DNA of 63,873 nucleotides, counting the filler, from Phoronis australis (Eukaryota; Animalia; Phoronida), in assembly GCA_002633005.1 (NCBI GenBank). It is 8 parts of 8 records of this genome, joined end to end, with 100 filler letters (N's around TTAATTAATTAA, not from the genome) between each part and the next. Parts side by side here need not be neighbours in the genome. Positions count along the whole stretch, not along the records: positions 33,453 to 36,454 come from NMRA01003286.1; positions 36,555 to 45,299 come from NMRA01000187.1; positions 45,400 to 55,042 come from NMRA01001155.1; 5 more parts are not named here. One strand, 5' to 3'. Under the pieces are notes generated by a model. That model was not told the DNA's origin. It was given only the letters and a program-made list of their open reading frames with translations, and did not search any database. A program made the translations under genes and the position numbers. This document shows positions 36,354 to 49,763 of this stretch, piece after piece. Numbering within the stretch: the stretch's first letter is position 1; each line of letters begins with the position of its first letter.

Positions 36354-36454
36354 CTCATGCTTAATATGAGCATCGAACACTAGACTCTCCCAAATCCCCT
36401 CAAACTCTGTACATGGCATCAACCAATGCTGCGCGGCAGACAGGTCATCTTCCT
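36354..36454 (-). CDS. TRIP13: TRIP13/PCH2 AAA+ ATPase exon (5' part lost in gap)
   Basis: EDDLSAAQHWLMPCTEFEGIWESLVFDAHIKHE resembles the TRIP13 segment AANHWVLPAAEFHGLWDSLVYD; gtaagt donor. Confidence 0.9.
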
Positions 36455-36554
36455 NNNNNNNNNNNNNNNNNNNNNNNNNNNNNNNNNNNNNNNNNNNNTT
36501 AATTAATTAANNNNNNNNNNNNNNNNNNNNNNNNNNNNNNNNNNNNNNNNNNNN

Positions 36555-36705
36555 GGAGACAGGAGTATGGGCGGAGACAGGAGTATGTGTGGAGACAAGT
36601 GTATGGGTGGAGACAGGAGTATGGGTGGAGACAGGAGTATGGGCGGAGACTGGAGTATGGGCGGAGACAGTAGTATGGGTGGAGATAGGAGTATGGGTGG
36701 AGACT
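36555..36705. repeat. 18-bp minisatellite at a gap edge
   Basis: GGAGACAGGAGTATGGG(C/T). Confidence 0.9.
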
Positions 36706-37299
36706 GGAACCAACGATGCTTACTGACTTAATTTGTAAGTCTATCAAATATGTTAATTTGATTTTAGCATATCTCAGAATGATTAATCGGATACAACCGA
36801 TGTGAAAAGTTAACGACCAGGATTCCGTTGACACTACTAGATGCAGTGTTGAAGGCGCTGCTAATGAGGCCATGTCACAGTTGTGGGGGAACAGCACCTA
36901 CACAAGATATTAATGAACTCTACTCCACCCCAGGTGCAATGGTATAGAACTAAATATCAGATTGCTAGTTATTAAAATGTTGTTGAATGTCTCCGAGTGG
37001 TTTAAAAACACAAGTGAACGAACCAACAACCACTCACTTGACCAGGTTTAGTGGGGACACTCTAGCCTAATTGTTTGAAGGTTTGTGTTGTCACAGCATT
37101 AGAATGACCCGTTGTTTGACATGTGTAGCAATACAAGTCTCATCACATTTTGTTTTAACACGATTAAACTCGTACTTCTTTGTTCCATTCAACAGTCAAT
37201 GTTGTTAATGGATGGTATTTTGTTCCTTGCGGTGCTGCCTTGATCCAGTAGTCCTTCTTTAGTTTGAAATGTTACCAGGCATACATTCACTAATACAGG

Positions 37300-37870
37300 C
37301 GCATATAAAACATCGATATAATCATTGGCCGAGGGGTGGCGTATGCAAATGTAAAACACTGAGGTAATCGTGGCACGTGTATGTAACAAACACCGAGGTA
37401 ATCGTTGGCTGAGAGATGACGAATGCACATATAAAACACCGAGATAATCACGGCACGTGCACATATAAAACACCGAGATAATCACGGCACGTGCACATAT
37501 AAAACACCGAGATAATCACGGCACGTGCAGATGTAAAGCGTAAAGGCAATCGTTGGCTGAGAGATGACGCATGCACATATAAAATACCGAGGTAATCATG
37601 GCACGTGCGCATATAAAACACCGAGATAATCACGGCACGTGCACATGTAAAGCATAAAGGCAATCGTTGGCTGAGAGATGGCGCGTGCACATATTAAACG
37701 CCGTGGTAATCATGGCACGGGCACCCATAAATCACCAAGGTAATCATTTGGATAAGAGATGGCACGTGCACGTATTAAACACCGAGGTAATCATTGACTT
37801 CATGAGCGACGGCGCGTGAACGAATAAAACACCGAGGTAATCAATGACTTCATGAGCGATGGCGCGTGCT
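37300..37870. repeat. Compound ~32-42-bp minisatellite
   Basis: TAAAACACCGAG(A/G)TAATCA(C/T)GGCACGTGCACATA units with interspersed variants. Confidence 0.85.
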
Positions 37871-39037
37871 CGCATACGCTACTATGCTGCTACGGAGGAG
37901 CGAAGATATGCACACCAAAAACAAAGTTGCAATTTTTATAACTTTCAATCAGAACAATTTATCTAATCAATAAAGCAAACTTTCCAAATGCAATAGACGT
38001 CACTAAATTACAACACCATCTAACATCAATAACATGGATATTGATATTAATAATTGCGCAGACACAAACATATCTTGTAGTAACTCGTAGTACATGTACT
38101 CCGATGGCAGAACCTCAAATATGCAGGGAACCTTAGACTGTCTCCTTACAGTAATTTTATGGGTATTGTGCAGACCGAGAGTGACGGCTCATTTGCTGGA
38201 CCTTTTACAGTCCAAGATGGTCGACAAGATCGGCTGCCACGTGATTCATGACACTCCACTCTATCCTCGTGTCTCATCTAAATACAATAGATTACGGCTT
38301 GAATTCGCATGTTAACAATGCCAAGCAATCAGATTATTTTACCAATGGGGAATAAGTAGAACGATCAACATCCCGGGTAGAACGCAATATTTGTTAAAAA
38401 GTAAAATTTGTTCGTACATATGCCGTAAGTGACCTGATTCACCCATACCAATATGTCATCAAAAATGCAGTTCTACGTATGACTACGACGCCAAAGAAGA
38501 ACCAAAGTATTTGCGATCAAGTCACATTGATACTCCTTTCAAACTCTAGAGTCACCGTTTCTTTTGCAACCATAAATACCTTGTACTTAGTCAGAGGAAT
38601 GCGATTCAAACAAAATAGAAAGAATAAGGAACAGTACCTGCATCCAAGGTTAGAACGGTCGCACTAACTTGAACTGAACCAATGACACGGAGAGAAGCAG
38701 GTAGATTTGTTCATGACCGCAGCTTTGAACCTCCATGCTATTGGTGTTAAAGTATTATCGTAACCACTACGGAACTCAAGACGAGTATCAAAAATTGACA
38801 GAACTACTCATGCCGCTAGTCGCCAGTACGCTGAAAAATCTGATATTCTCCTCGATACAGAGGCAATGTATTATGACAAAAGGTGGTTTTGTTCTTTCAA
38901 GAAAAAAGTCTTCGAAAGGTGCTGATCAGTTGAAACATTGAAAGTGTGCCGTCATAACACGATACATTTTACACTTATATTCCGAAGAGATGCTTACATT
39001 CGCTATTAGAGAAAAAATGTCAAGCAGCAAGAAGTCT

Positions 39038-39198
39038 CACAGAGTTGACACTACACTCCCTTCAATGATACATGAAGCAACAAGAGGTACCACAGAGTTG
39101 ACACTACACTCCCTTCAATGATACATGAAGCAACAAGAGGTACCACAGAGTTGACACTACACTCCCTTCAATAATACAACGTACATCAAGCAACAAGA
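39038..39198. repeat. 53-bp minisatellite x3
   Basis: CACAGAGTTGACACTACACTCCCTTCAATGATACATGAAGCAACAAGAGGTAC. Confidence 0.9.
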
Positions 39199-39430
39199 CA
39201 TGCGCGTGGCCAGACTAAAAATGAGGAGCTCAAAGTTTTGAATATATGGACCGTTTACTAGTATGATTCACGGAGTACGTTCAAAGCTATGAATTGCGCA
39301 TTCGCCGAATTTTGGTAGTTCTTGCCTTTTAGTGGATTTTGTCTTGTTTTCTACTTTATTCTTCGTTTCTCTGAGGCGGATCTGTTTGCCCACTTCGCCA
39401 AACGGGAGGCTCGTTCGAGCCGCCCCTCCA
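39199..39430 (-). mobile_element. MITE family 1 copy (inverted, degenerate)
   Basis: Reverse-complement similarity to 41060-41270. Confidence 0.7.
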
Positions 39431-41008
39431 CGTACGGGCAAGAGGTCCCACAGAGCGGACAGCACAACCCTGTCAATGTTACATGTCGACGGAAGAATGA
39501 TAATAGGTTGTACTGACACCATACTGATTCCGTTTCGAGAATCGCTACTACATGCACACAATCCAAAGATTCCGCGAAGCGTCGTAACGCCATAAGACCA
39601 ACAGTGGGTTGACGTATCAGCAGTTATTAGGACAGTGAATTTTAACCATAAAGACACAACATTTTTCAAAGTGTGTCTGTTGACACAAGTCTGTGCTTGG
39701 ATAGACACTAAGACTATTCACCAAAGAGTATGTCATGTTCAAAATGATCAAACAACCTTCAAGTTGACCAGCCTCAAATGAAGACGATGTCTTACAGGCA
39801 TAACTTAATAATCTGATAGAACAAAACATCTCACCTGGAAAGCATTTCTACTCATCAACATGCATATGTAGTTATCAATCATAAAGACATTCGTTTGGCA
39901 AAAATGATCCAGATTTGTGTTGTTATGTGAAGACCATAAAGTTTTTGTTAAGTTGCTATTGTACCACGACCCAAACGAGAATCTTAATTAGGCCACGATG
40001 GTTGTGCAATAATTGGTTAAAGGTCGATGTTGAATTGACACGTGTATAAAGAGCAATTCCCCGAGACAGGTATACACCAAGCCTAAAGTTTGTCAATGTT
40101 GTTATTGGCTTTGGCACGGTCGTTGCAACATATCGAATTGGCAATGAAAAGGCAATCAGTACTGAAGGACTACACTTAGCGAGAGGAGTTAGGCAAACAA
40201 CGTTAAGCAGACAACAATATTTATGGGAGCTTTCTATGGTATAACACTACCTTTGTCTGGGATCAAGATACACCAACTCTAATGGAACACAAAAGTCAAT
40301 ATTGGCACCAAGCCTCAGCAGCTTACTACCGGCGATTGATGAAACATGCGCAGACCAAATTATCAAGTCACTCACTAGCACAATGTCATGACGTCACAAT
40401 GTCATGACGTCATAATGTCATGACGTCATAATGTCATGACGTCACAATGTATGGGCACATGTATCGTCTCCAAGTTCATCAAAATGTCGGTGGCCAACTG
40501 ACGGATGACTCACTTGCAGGAACATGAAGAATGGAGTGTTTTATGCGCCTTGAGACAATGGCCCCAGCTTGAACTTGACAGGTGCAGCTGCGCAAACATG
40601 GGAAATGCTGTTGTGTGACGTCATTTGTTTGGAACAGTGTTCCGTGGTTGTCAATCCTCTTAGTGAAAGAAGCAATAAAATGTGTTCTGCATGGGTAATG
40701 AAGTCACACACGCTAAGTACAGTAATAGAGTCAGACATGGCTAGTAATAGTCAGACGCGAAAAAGTAAGACTGTCACAGTGGTAGCCGCATTCGACTGGG
40801 ATAATCAATGAACCGTAATTATACTAAAAATGACATGAAAAAGGTTGCCTTCCCCTTTAAGGTCATGAGAAAATTCCACCCAAACCTTTGTGGTTTGATA
40901 CAACAACGCCTAAGCCAGACTGTGATTAGTCCACCCTGTCAATTCATGAATTAAAGCTCCCGGTTGCGACGCGAAGCTGAAGAAAATATTCGCCAATTTC
41001 GCTCGAAA

Positions 41009-41270
41009 CATGCGCGCAAACCAGGGGGGGGGGGGTCGGGGGATCCAACCAGCCCCCCCCCCCTATTTGACGAAGCGGCCAAAAAGGTCCGCCTCCGAGA
41101 AACACAAACACAAAGTAGAAAACGAGGTAAAAGTCCACTAAAAAGGCAGGAATTACCAAAATTGGGCAAATGCCCATTTCATAGCTCTGAACGTACACTG
41201 TGAATCTACTAAATGGTCCACATTCTCAAAAATGCGAGCCCCCTCATTTTTTAGAGTGGGTGCGCGCATG
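41009..41270 (+). mobile_element. MITE family 1 (CATGCGCGCA termini, 5-bp TSD)
   Basis: TIR CATGCGCGCA/TGCGCGCATG flanked by a CGAAA duplication; related copies at 2726-2933 and about 39199-39430. Confidence 0.85.
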
Positions 41271-43190
41271 CGAAAGACGAAGCAAAATTATATGACGATC
41301 CTAAAAAGTGTGGTAGATATTGAGCCATACGCTAAGGCAAAGTTTTCAGTGCACCAATAAATTCGGCCTAATACGGACATCTGTGATAAAACAACTTGGA
41401 TCACGACATGCAACCGTGCAACTCAATCGATAATCAAAATAAAGAATATACATTTATTCAAAATATTGCCATGGGGGCCAGATCTATACTTAAATCAGCA
41501 TTAACAATACAGGCTCTCCTCATTAAGAATATAATGCACAATGTCACATTTCATCAAGATCTTTCAAATAGGTATATAGACATCTCGAATGGTGCAATGA
41601 CAATTTGACCCTGGGGGGCATGACAGTAGCCAGGTCCATAATCCAAACCAGGCTGTTTTCCTTGATAACGACACATTTTGTCAAAACTCCCCATAAAATA
41701 TTAACATTTACAATGCTAAGAAAACCAAAATTGCCGGCATCTCATTAGAACAACACATATCTACTAGCGTTCTTGCCAATTTTAATCAGCTATCAACATT
41801 CTTCAAGTAGTTCCTGAATAGGGATGAAGACACGAAAAATAAAAAATAGAAAAAAATGTCAATAAGAGGTCAAAAAGGCTGAATCAAAGAGAAATTGAAA
41901 GGGTGCCGTCGTGTAAAGAAAGTTACAAGCCAAATTTCTCGAGATTTATGATGATCTTAGAAGAAATTTGAGGCATAGAAAAAAATAAACTGCCACTAGA
42001 TGATAACAACAAATCAAGTGCGCCCTCCTCATGAATAACCATAAGCATTAGTATCCAAACGTGGGTGACAGTCATCGCCAGCTTCAAGTCCACATGAACA
42101 CATTAAAGCTAAACAATTGCTAGACATGTGTAAAATATTGTAAAAATTGCCAATTTTTGTAAATAAGGTTTGAGATATCTTTAAAAGAGAGTTGTATTCC
42201 AGGACAATGTATTGAACCTAATCAAAGCTTGTAACATCTCATGACGTCACTTTGAACCATAACATTTTGCCTTCTAACATTAATTCAGATATTAAGGGAC
42301 CAGAACAGTGTGTTCAAACCTTTTTCACTCTACTGTGCCTGGTTCACAAACATACACTGGTCTTCTTTCACTCCCTTGCTCTCTTATGTTCGTACTGGCA
42401 TCCATTAGGGACTAATTACATTTTCTCATAAAGATCATGTAGCATCAACATTAACTTAATATTCCTGTTCATCTTAACTGTGACATCAAATAATCAAATC
42501 ACTATGGGCATTCCTAAAATACCACGAACCAGTGCTTGAAGAGTACAAGTGACCTCAAGATGAGTCCCTGTGGTACATGTACATGTATGAGCATGCCACG
42601 CTTAGGCTAGTTAATTGTTAAACGTCCTGGGAGCAAATGGTAGCTGTGTCCTGTGTAATTTACCCTTGTGAGCCCCATAATGGTGTTGCTCCACTAGGTG
42701 GAGTAATGCATCCTGCGGCTGAAGAAACCATACAAGTGCTTTGGTGTCTTCATCCAGAAATGTGTGCAGGTCAGGCCAGTCACGGGAGACATTCTGGAAG
42801 AGTTAGGAGTAAGATTTATCCAAGAATGTCTAAAAGCCAGGCCACACTCTCCAGGACACAGTGAGGATGTAACAAGACACGAAGCCCTAAGTGTAGGAAG
42901 TAATAACTAAGCTTATTATCAGCCTAAAATGGCCAGTCCACCCTTAAGTAATACATTTAGTTATTCAGCTCCAGTTGAGTAACATTTTGGCAGAAAACCG
43001 TGGCTGGTTTCAAACCACCTCCACAAGAGTTTCAAGTTGTCGATTTTACCACTGCACCACTCAGCAACTGACGTCAGCAAATGTGAAAAATAGAACACTT
43101 GAATGAGCACCCGTAACAATCGCATGTTCAACAAACGGCATTTTACCGACATTTATACGCTATGCAAAATTAAAGACGAAAAATTTCAAT

Positions 43191-45065
43191 AACAAGAGCA
43201 ATGTGGAGCGTACATGTTGAAAGGCGCCCACGAATGCATGGCAAATGGTGTGCTTTTAGGGTTGTTTACATGTCATAAAAATGGCCACTAGATGGCGCAA
43301 AAACATACAATCCATCCGAAAGCGAGAACATGTCACTGCTTCTTTAATAGAAAGCTATTCACCAAATTTGATAGAAATACGTCACAGAATGAAATTGCCA
43401 CCAGGGGGGACAGTGTTCATTGGATCCCCCTGAAAGTCGTCATATAAATGCAGTTACTAAATTTTATAAAGATCCTGCAGTGGGTTTAGGAGATACGGCT
43501 ATGGGCGCAAAACAAAACAAAACTACCACTAGGAGGTGCCACAGTAGTCAAAGTCGTCATCGTCAATCGTCCTATTCACCCTGAGAACACATATGCCAAT
43601 TTTCAAAACCATCCTTAGAATGATTTGGTAGATAGAAGGGTAGACGTCAAAAACAGACTCGAAACAGCAAAATGGTGTCGAAAAATACCTTGATTCTATT
43701 CGAAAACCGGAGGATAGCATCATCTCACCAATAGATGCCAATATTCAATTTTGAAGATACAGAGATAAACATAAAACTAAAATTGCCACCAGGGGGCACA
43801 CCAGAAGTCAAATCCATCCGAAAATCGTCGTCGTCCGTTATCAACATCATACAAATACACTTGTTGAATTGACTAAAGATCCTGAAAACGGTTTAGGAGA
43901 TACAGCCATGGGCACAAAAAAACAAAACTGCTACTAGGAGGCGCCACAGTAGTCGAAGTCATTGGAAAGTCATCGTCAATTGTCTACTTCATACTAAAAA
44001 CATACAAGCCAATTTTCACAATTTTATCCTGAAAGTAGTTTTGTTGATAGCGGGCCGGACACCAAAACACACTCGAAAACAGGAAAAATGGCCACTAAGT
44101 GGCGCAAACTAGGTCGAATCCCTATGAAAACGGAAAGATAGCGTCATTAAGTTCATTCTGGCATTAATGGTTGGAGGGCATGCGCTCATTTGTTCGATAA
44201 TTGCTATAATCTCCAAACAGATCATATCTAGACTGACTGGGCTGGGCTGATAAAAATGAAAGTTAAGTTATAACACATTTGAGCTTAAACCAATAGCATT
44301 TCTGAATTCTTCGTCAAATGCTGATCATGTTCCGTTTTTGAATCACCAAAATCGCCCAACTACAACACAAATTAAGACAATCTAATCTGTCCAAACGGAC
44401 GCACTGGGTTTGACGGTGTTCATTCGCAGATCGGATAGCGTGCAACCACCATACGTGTCCTTTGAAGCCTGAAAGATAACTGGCCTGCTTGTTATCATAC
44501 GGGACAAAAGACTGAGCTGGGCAGTTAACAAAAGAGCCAGATGTTATCGCACGTTCAGCACCCCTCACGTCTGGATAAGTTACTGAACGACAGAACGCTG
44601 TAATGTGTCAGATCTGTCCGAAACTCGTCGTCGTCCATTGTCAACATCATATAAATCGACTTACTAAATTTAGTAAAGATCCTGCAAACGGTTTAGGAGA
44701 TATAGCCATGGGCGCAAAAAACAAAACTGCCACTAGGAGGCGACACGGTAGTCGAAGACATCGACAATCATCGCCAACCGTCCTCTTCATAGTAAAAACA
44801 TACATGCTCGAAAACAGTAAAAATGGCCACTAGGTAGCGCAAACTACGTCGAATCCATCCGAAAATGGGAGGATACCATCGCCTCACTAATAGATGCCTA
44901 TATACCAAATTTTATGAAAACACGTTGAGGACCTTTGAAGATACAGAGGTAAACGTTAAAAAATTGCCACTAGGGACCACACTGGTAGTCGGATCTGTCC
45001 GGTAGTTCGCTCATTCCGTCCTGCTCATGAAAAGAACACATGTGCAAAATTTCATGAACATACGC
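43191..45065 (+). mobile_element. DINE-1/Helentron-like element, 3'-truncated, interrupted at about 44145-44600
   Basis: AACAAGAGCAA start; collinear with 31725-32910. Confidence 0.7.
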
Positions 45066-45452
45066 ATGTCGTGAACACATCCACTACCACAAGAAACTGT
45101 AGGAACACCACATTTATCCACCTTCACTCTTATCAGGCTTCTATTGTCAGTCAGCATGCGTGAATAATTGGCTGATAAGCCACCTCTAGAACTACTTTTG
45201 GCTGAATGGATGACCAGGCCATAAAATGATAATTAGCCAAGACCAGTTACTAATGCAACAAAGAATAATGTCGTAGCATCACCTAGCCTTGGTGGAAAGN
45301 NNNNNNNNNNNNNNNNNNNNNNNNNNNNNNNNNNNNNNNNNNNTTAATTAATTAANNNNNNNNNNNNNNNNNNNNNNNNNNNNNNNNNNNNNNNNNNNNC
45401 TGCGTCCGCAACAGTAAAGATATTTTTTAGAACTTAATCAATTGTCCAATTA

Positions 45453-45563
45453 AATGAGCAACGCTAGTGTCATGAGCAACGCTAGTGTCATGAACAACGC
45501 TAGTGTCATGAGCAACGCTAGTGTCATGAGCAACGCTAGTGTCATGAGCAACGCTAGTGTCAT
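45453..45563. repeat. 18-bp minisatellite x6
   Basis: ATGAGCAACGCTAGTGTC. Confidence 0.9.
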
Positions 45564-46107
45564 TTGAAACTGTGTCATGTACACTGTGCTTATAAACCTC
45601 ACGTGTCAACTTACTGAAACGACGTCATTTCCAGTCTGTAGGTGTTTTAGTTTAGTTTGATCAAAAGCGATTTGAGCAACGGCTGATTTTGTATGTGCAC
45701 TGGAAATTTGGCCGCAATATCTTAAAAATGGGTAACTATTGAAATTGACACTTCATTTGGAACTGAAATCTCCTTTAGCCTGGTGAAACTGTATAACAAT
45801 ATGAGTGAGGCATGAGGATTTATGTGTACATGTACAAAGAATAATCAATGTCTGGTCACGAATGACTGGTTGTGTTATCATGTTGTTTAAAGAAAATTTC
45901 CCATATAAATAAAAATAATAAACATCTGACCTCCACAAAATGTTTTACAGTAAAAGTAAAAAGTGTTGCATTGGGTTACTTAATCTTTTAGATTCTTATT
46001 CTATTGGATTTTATCAACATTAAGCCAACGATGATCAAAAAATCTTCATTAATATGTAGTGGTGGCACGGATGAGTAGTGTGTATAGTAGGCCTACCTAC
46101 ATGTAGG

Positions 46108-46216
46108 TATGGTTAGGGTACAACACCACGTCATACATCTACATATGGTTAGGGTACAACACCACGTCATACATCTACATATGGTTAGGGTACAGCACCA
46201 CGTCATACATCTACAT
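46108..46216. repeat. 36-bp minisatellite x3
   Basis: TATGGTTAGGGTACAACACCACGTCATACATCTACA. Confidence 0.9.
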
Positions 46217-46539
46217 GTTCACTGGTGTAGTCACGCTGGGACACAAGGGCCCCACCTACTCAGTTTAAAGAAGTTTTTCTCCGCGCGCGTAACCTTGGGT
46301 AACTTGAAATTATTCAACAAACTAGTGTTAGTTAGAGTGTGCATAATTATGAGTGCCCGAGTCAGGGGAGTAACATTGCGGACGTGATCACCTTAATGAA
46401 CAAGTAAAGTAATATCTTCATGTCAGTCTCCATTGGTTTCTTGATCTGTTTCATTTACACCGTTTGGGAAAATACTTCGCTTGCGCAATCAGATCGAACG
46501 ACGATCACGCGACGATATTTCGAAGATTAGAAATGAGTA

Positions 46540-48700
46540 TAAATGCCTGTATTTAAATGTAAGAGTGCTATTCTGAAAAAAAATCGAAGTGGCGAATAGT
46601 TGGATAAATGTAGATGTGATGAAGGAATCGTTCAGAATTTGGAAAGACCAAAAACTGATCTGTAATTACAAAATCAGAGAGTTCGTGTGCAAATGTTGAG
46701 AAGCAATGTCAAGTTGAGGACGAGGAAGTACATTATTTGTTATTCTATTAGAGAAGAGAATTTAGAAACGAGAAGTTGATGAAATATTTTACTCAAGTTA
46801 AATCCGAAATAACTAAATATTACTCCATTATTTTCACAATTTATCAAATTCAAGCGCCAACTCCTTTGCCTACTAGAAAATCCCCAGTGATGTTGAGCAA
46901 TTGCATGACTTTATAACCGTGGGTGAATATTTTGAAGTTTTCAAAATTTGTAAAAACAATAAGTCTCCAGGAAATGACGAGTTAAATTATGAGTTCTAAA
47001 AACGTTTGCGACATGAAATCAAGAACCCTTCACTTGAAGTATTTGAATATTTTCATTGGAGAATTATTTCCACCACGGAAACAAGGACCCATATAGCTCC
47101 CGCTTAAGCTTAACAATGATGCCGATCAACAAGTCTCTAGATATTTGACGACCAATATCATTACAAAACACTGGATAGGAACTATTACAAAAAGTCCTTA
47201 AAGCCCGGGAAACAGGTTATTATTAAATATACAAATATTACTCTTGATCAGGGTCATCCTCTAAAGCATATTATACAATAAAATGAGACTTTATTTTTCA
47301 AACATTAAATGCTCTCAAGTTTGGACAGGTGTTTACACGGCGGGTAGTGTCAATTTATACAAAACCAAAACAGTTCTGTCAGTTATGGTTTCACCGCAAA
47401 TTATTTCTGACAGAAAGGAACGTGAGACAGAGTGGTTCCTTGTCAGGTTCATTACATGTATTTTGGCTAGCTGTTGAAGTCAAACAAAATTGTGAAGGGT
47501 TATGCTACATGTAAGTCGAGAGCAGAGAGTTTCCTGACCCACTTAAAGGCTTCAAGTGGATCGAGAAATCTGAGTCAAGAACTTAAGTGTATCTCACAGT
47601 CATAATAAGAAAAGAAATGATTATTCTTAAATTTTGAACTAACAGTTATATCGCATTAAAAGGTATTTCATTGCCTGCCGGGTAAAGTCACATTATTTCT
47701 TTGCTAGGCAGAATTAGTATAGTAAAAACTTTTGCACTTCTTAGATAGTCTATAAAATGCGTAATTTTGAGATGGATAGTGCAAATAGAACGAAAGTTAC
47801 CGTAACGCTATATAATAAAAATTGTGTTTGGTAAGATAAATCCATTAGAATTAAAAAGGTGAGACTGTTGATTGTCGTGAACATGATGACTATTCTGTCC
47901 GTGGTGTAAATATCATGTTGAAATCCCTTGACGTGGGTTTGTCGCTGATTGGATGGAAACAATGCAGTTTGAAAGTTTCCAAATTGTGCTTTCAAAGCAT
48001 GCGATGCAGTCTGATGTTTAAATCAAGTTAAGGTAAGTTGTAGTCTCTTGTAGCTCTTGATGGCGTCTCGAGTGATTAGGAATAAATTGTTGACTGGTTT
48101 CATGAGGACAAACAATTGAAAACTAAATAATGTGGAACAACAAAAACATATTAATGATTTTATTTTTCAAAAGATTTCATGAGGCTGACATCACTTTTAT
48201 GAAGGATATTTTTGATTTTGAAAACGAATTCTTGACCTGGGATATATTGAAAGAACGATAAAAGTTTTCAACCTGGATAAATTATGCAGCTTTAAAACGT
48301 AAATGTTCAGTAAATGTGCAACCTCCGTAACCTTTTTCCAGTTAGATAAAACAACGACTCTGTTTCCTGGAAACATTTTGTTTTCAAAAATTGTTTCGCC
48401 TTTGGATTTAGGATAAAGCTTGATTGAATAATTTACTCAAGAGAAAAAAGTCAAATTTACTATCTTCCACACAAACTCTTGCCGGTTCTTTATTTTATAA
48501 CTTTCAAAAATTGTTGTATTCATGGAGGGATTTATACAGAAAGTGTTAAGAAAACGATAGGATTAATTAGTGAGGACACACATGCATCTTGTGGACCTTA
48601 ATATCATTTTGTGGAATGTGACATCGTGTAACTTTTATGGTTCGAGATTTGGAAACACATACTTTTCTTAACTGTAAAACATGATTTAATATTAAATAAA
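46540..48700 (+). mobile_element. Highly decayed L1/Tx1-clade LINE ORF2 relic
   Basis: Ordered broken motifs: KSPGND.LNYEF (about 46960), RPISLQN (about 47148), GRISIVKTFAL (about 47707), HFVEC..V...W (about 48605); many stops and frameshifts. Confidence 0.7.
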
Positions 48701-49404
48701 ATGTTGTTTTGAAGGGCTTTAAGTATCTGTCATTATCTCATTGATACAGCAAGTGTGCTAGAGATCAGGCAACCTAGTTACACAGAAATTTTAATGATGT
48801 AGCTATGTCTCATAAAAGGGGGATATTTAAATTTGTAGCAAGTGCCACCTTGTGACTTCCTGGAGAACTGTGTGTACAAGTATAATCAGGAAAAGAAACA
48901 ATTTGTAAAAAAATGCGGTTTCAAAGATAAAATTGCAACTGATACACTTAAAAACAAATATGAACTCAAAGAAACCCTAGTAATTCCAAATGCTAGGCAA
49001 CCATTATTTGAAAGTGAAATGAACAAATAATAAAAATATGCCTTGTTTTATTAATGTAACGATGACATATTAGCATTCTCATTTACATAAATAGTCTCGC
49101 GAGATTGTAATGGTAACTGGTTCTCGGAAGACCCGAGGTTATTTGTTAACTAACACTTCATTTGCATACTCACAATTTAATGAGACATAGCTACTTTAAC
49201 TTTAGTTATACAGGTAGTACTTAAAAGTGTTGCAGGAGCATACGCGGATGGCATCTTGTGCATGTACATGTAATAATTTGCATAACCTGATACGTTGGTC
49301 AGATATCGGGCGATGCTTGTCCGATCCATCTGATTAAGTTCTATGCCGATGCATAGAATGATCGACCGACGTTTTCTCGGATCAGTAACATTGTGTTCCA
49401 ACTA

Positions 49405-49763
49405 AACAGGATACCTGGTGTAAAACAGATATCCCGGGAAAAAGAAACTGGCCAATCGGTCTCGCAAATTTTCACGGCGCTGGAAGCCGACACAAAAATA
49501 GCACTACAAATTTAGCAGCAGAATAACATAGAACGCCTATCTGACGTCATAAGTAGGTGAAATTCTCATGTAATAAAGCAACATATCAAACAATGTTTGA
49601 CCGAACGTGCGGGAGTGTTGCTTCGGTCCCCGGATGTGCTGTCCGATCCCGGTGTTCCTGCTTTAAAGGTCGGGGTTCGTGTTTTTCAGGCTGGTTAGCT
49701 GTTTTGAAGGTGCGGGAGTCCGTTTACAACTCCGGGATATATTGTTTTCACCGGGTTCCTGTT
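49405..49763. mobile_element. MITE-like element
   Basis: AAACAGGATACCTGGTGTAAAACAGATATCCCGG at the left vs CCGGGATATATTGTTTTCACCGGGTTCCTGTTT at the right. Confidence 0.6.

Noticed and set aside
40250-40665. Possible minus-strand exons (LLRLGANID...; ...HSILHVPA|gtgagt)
   Set aside because: Weak acceptors, no recognisable homology, no consistent exon chain.
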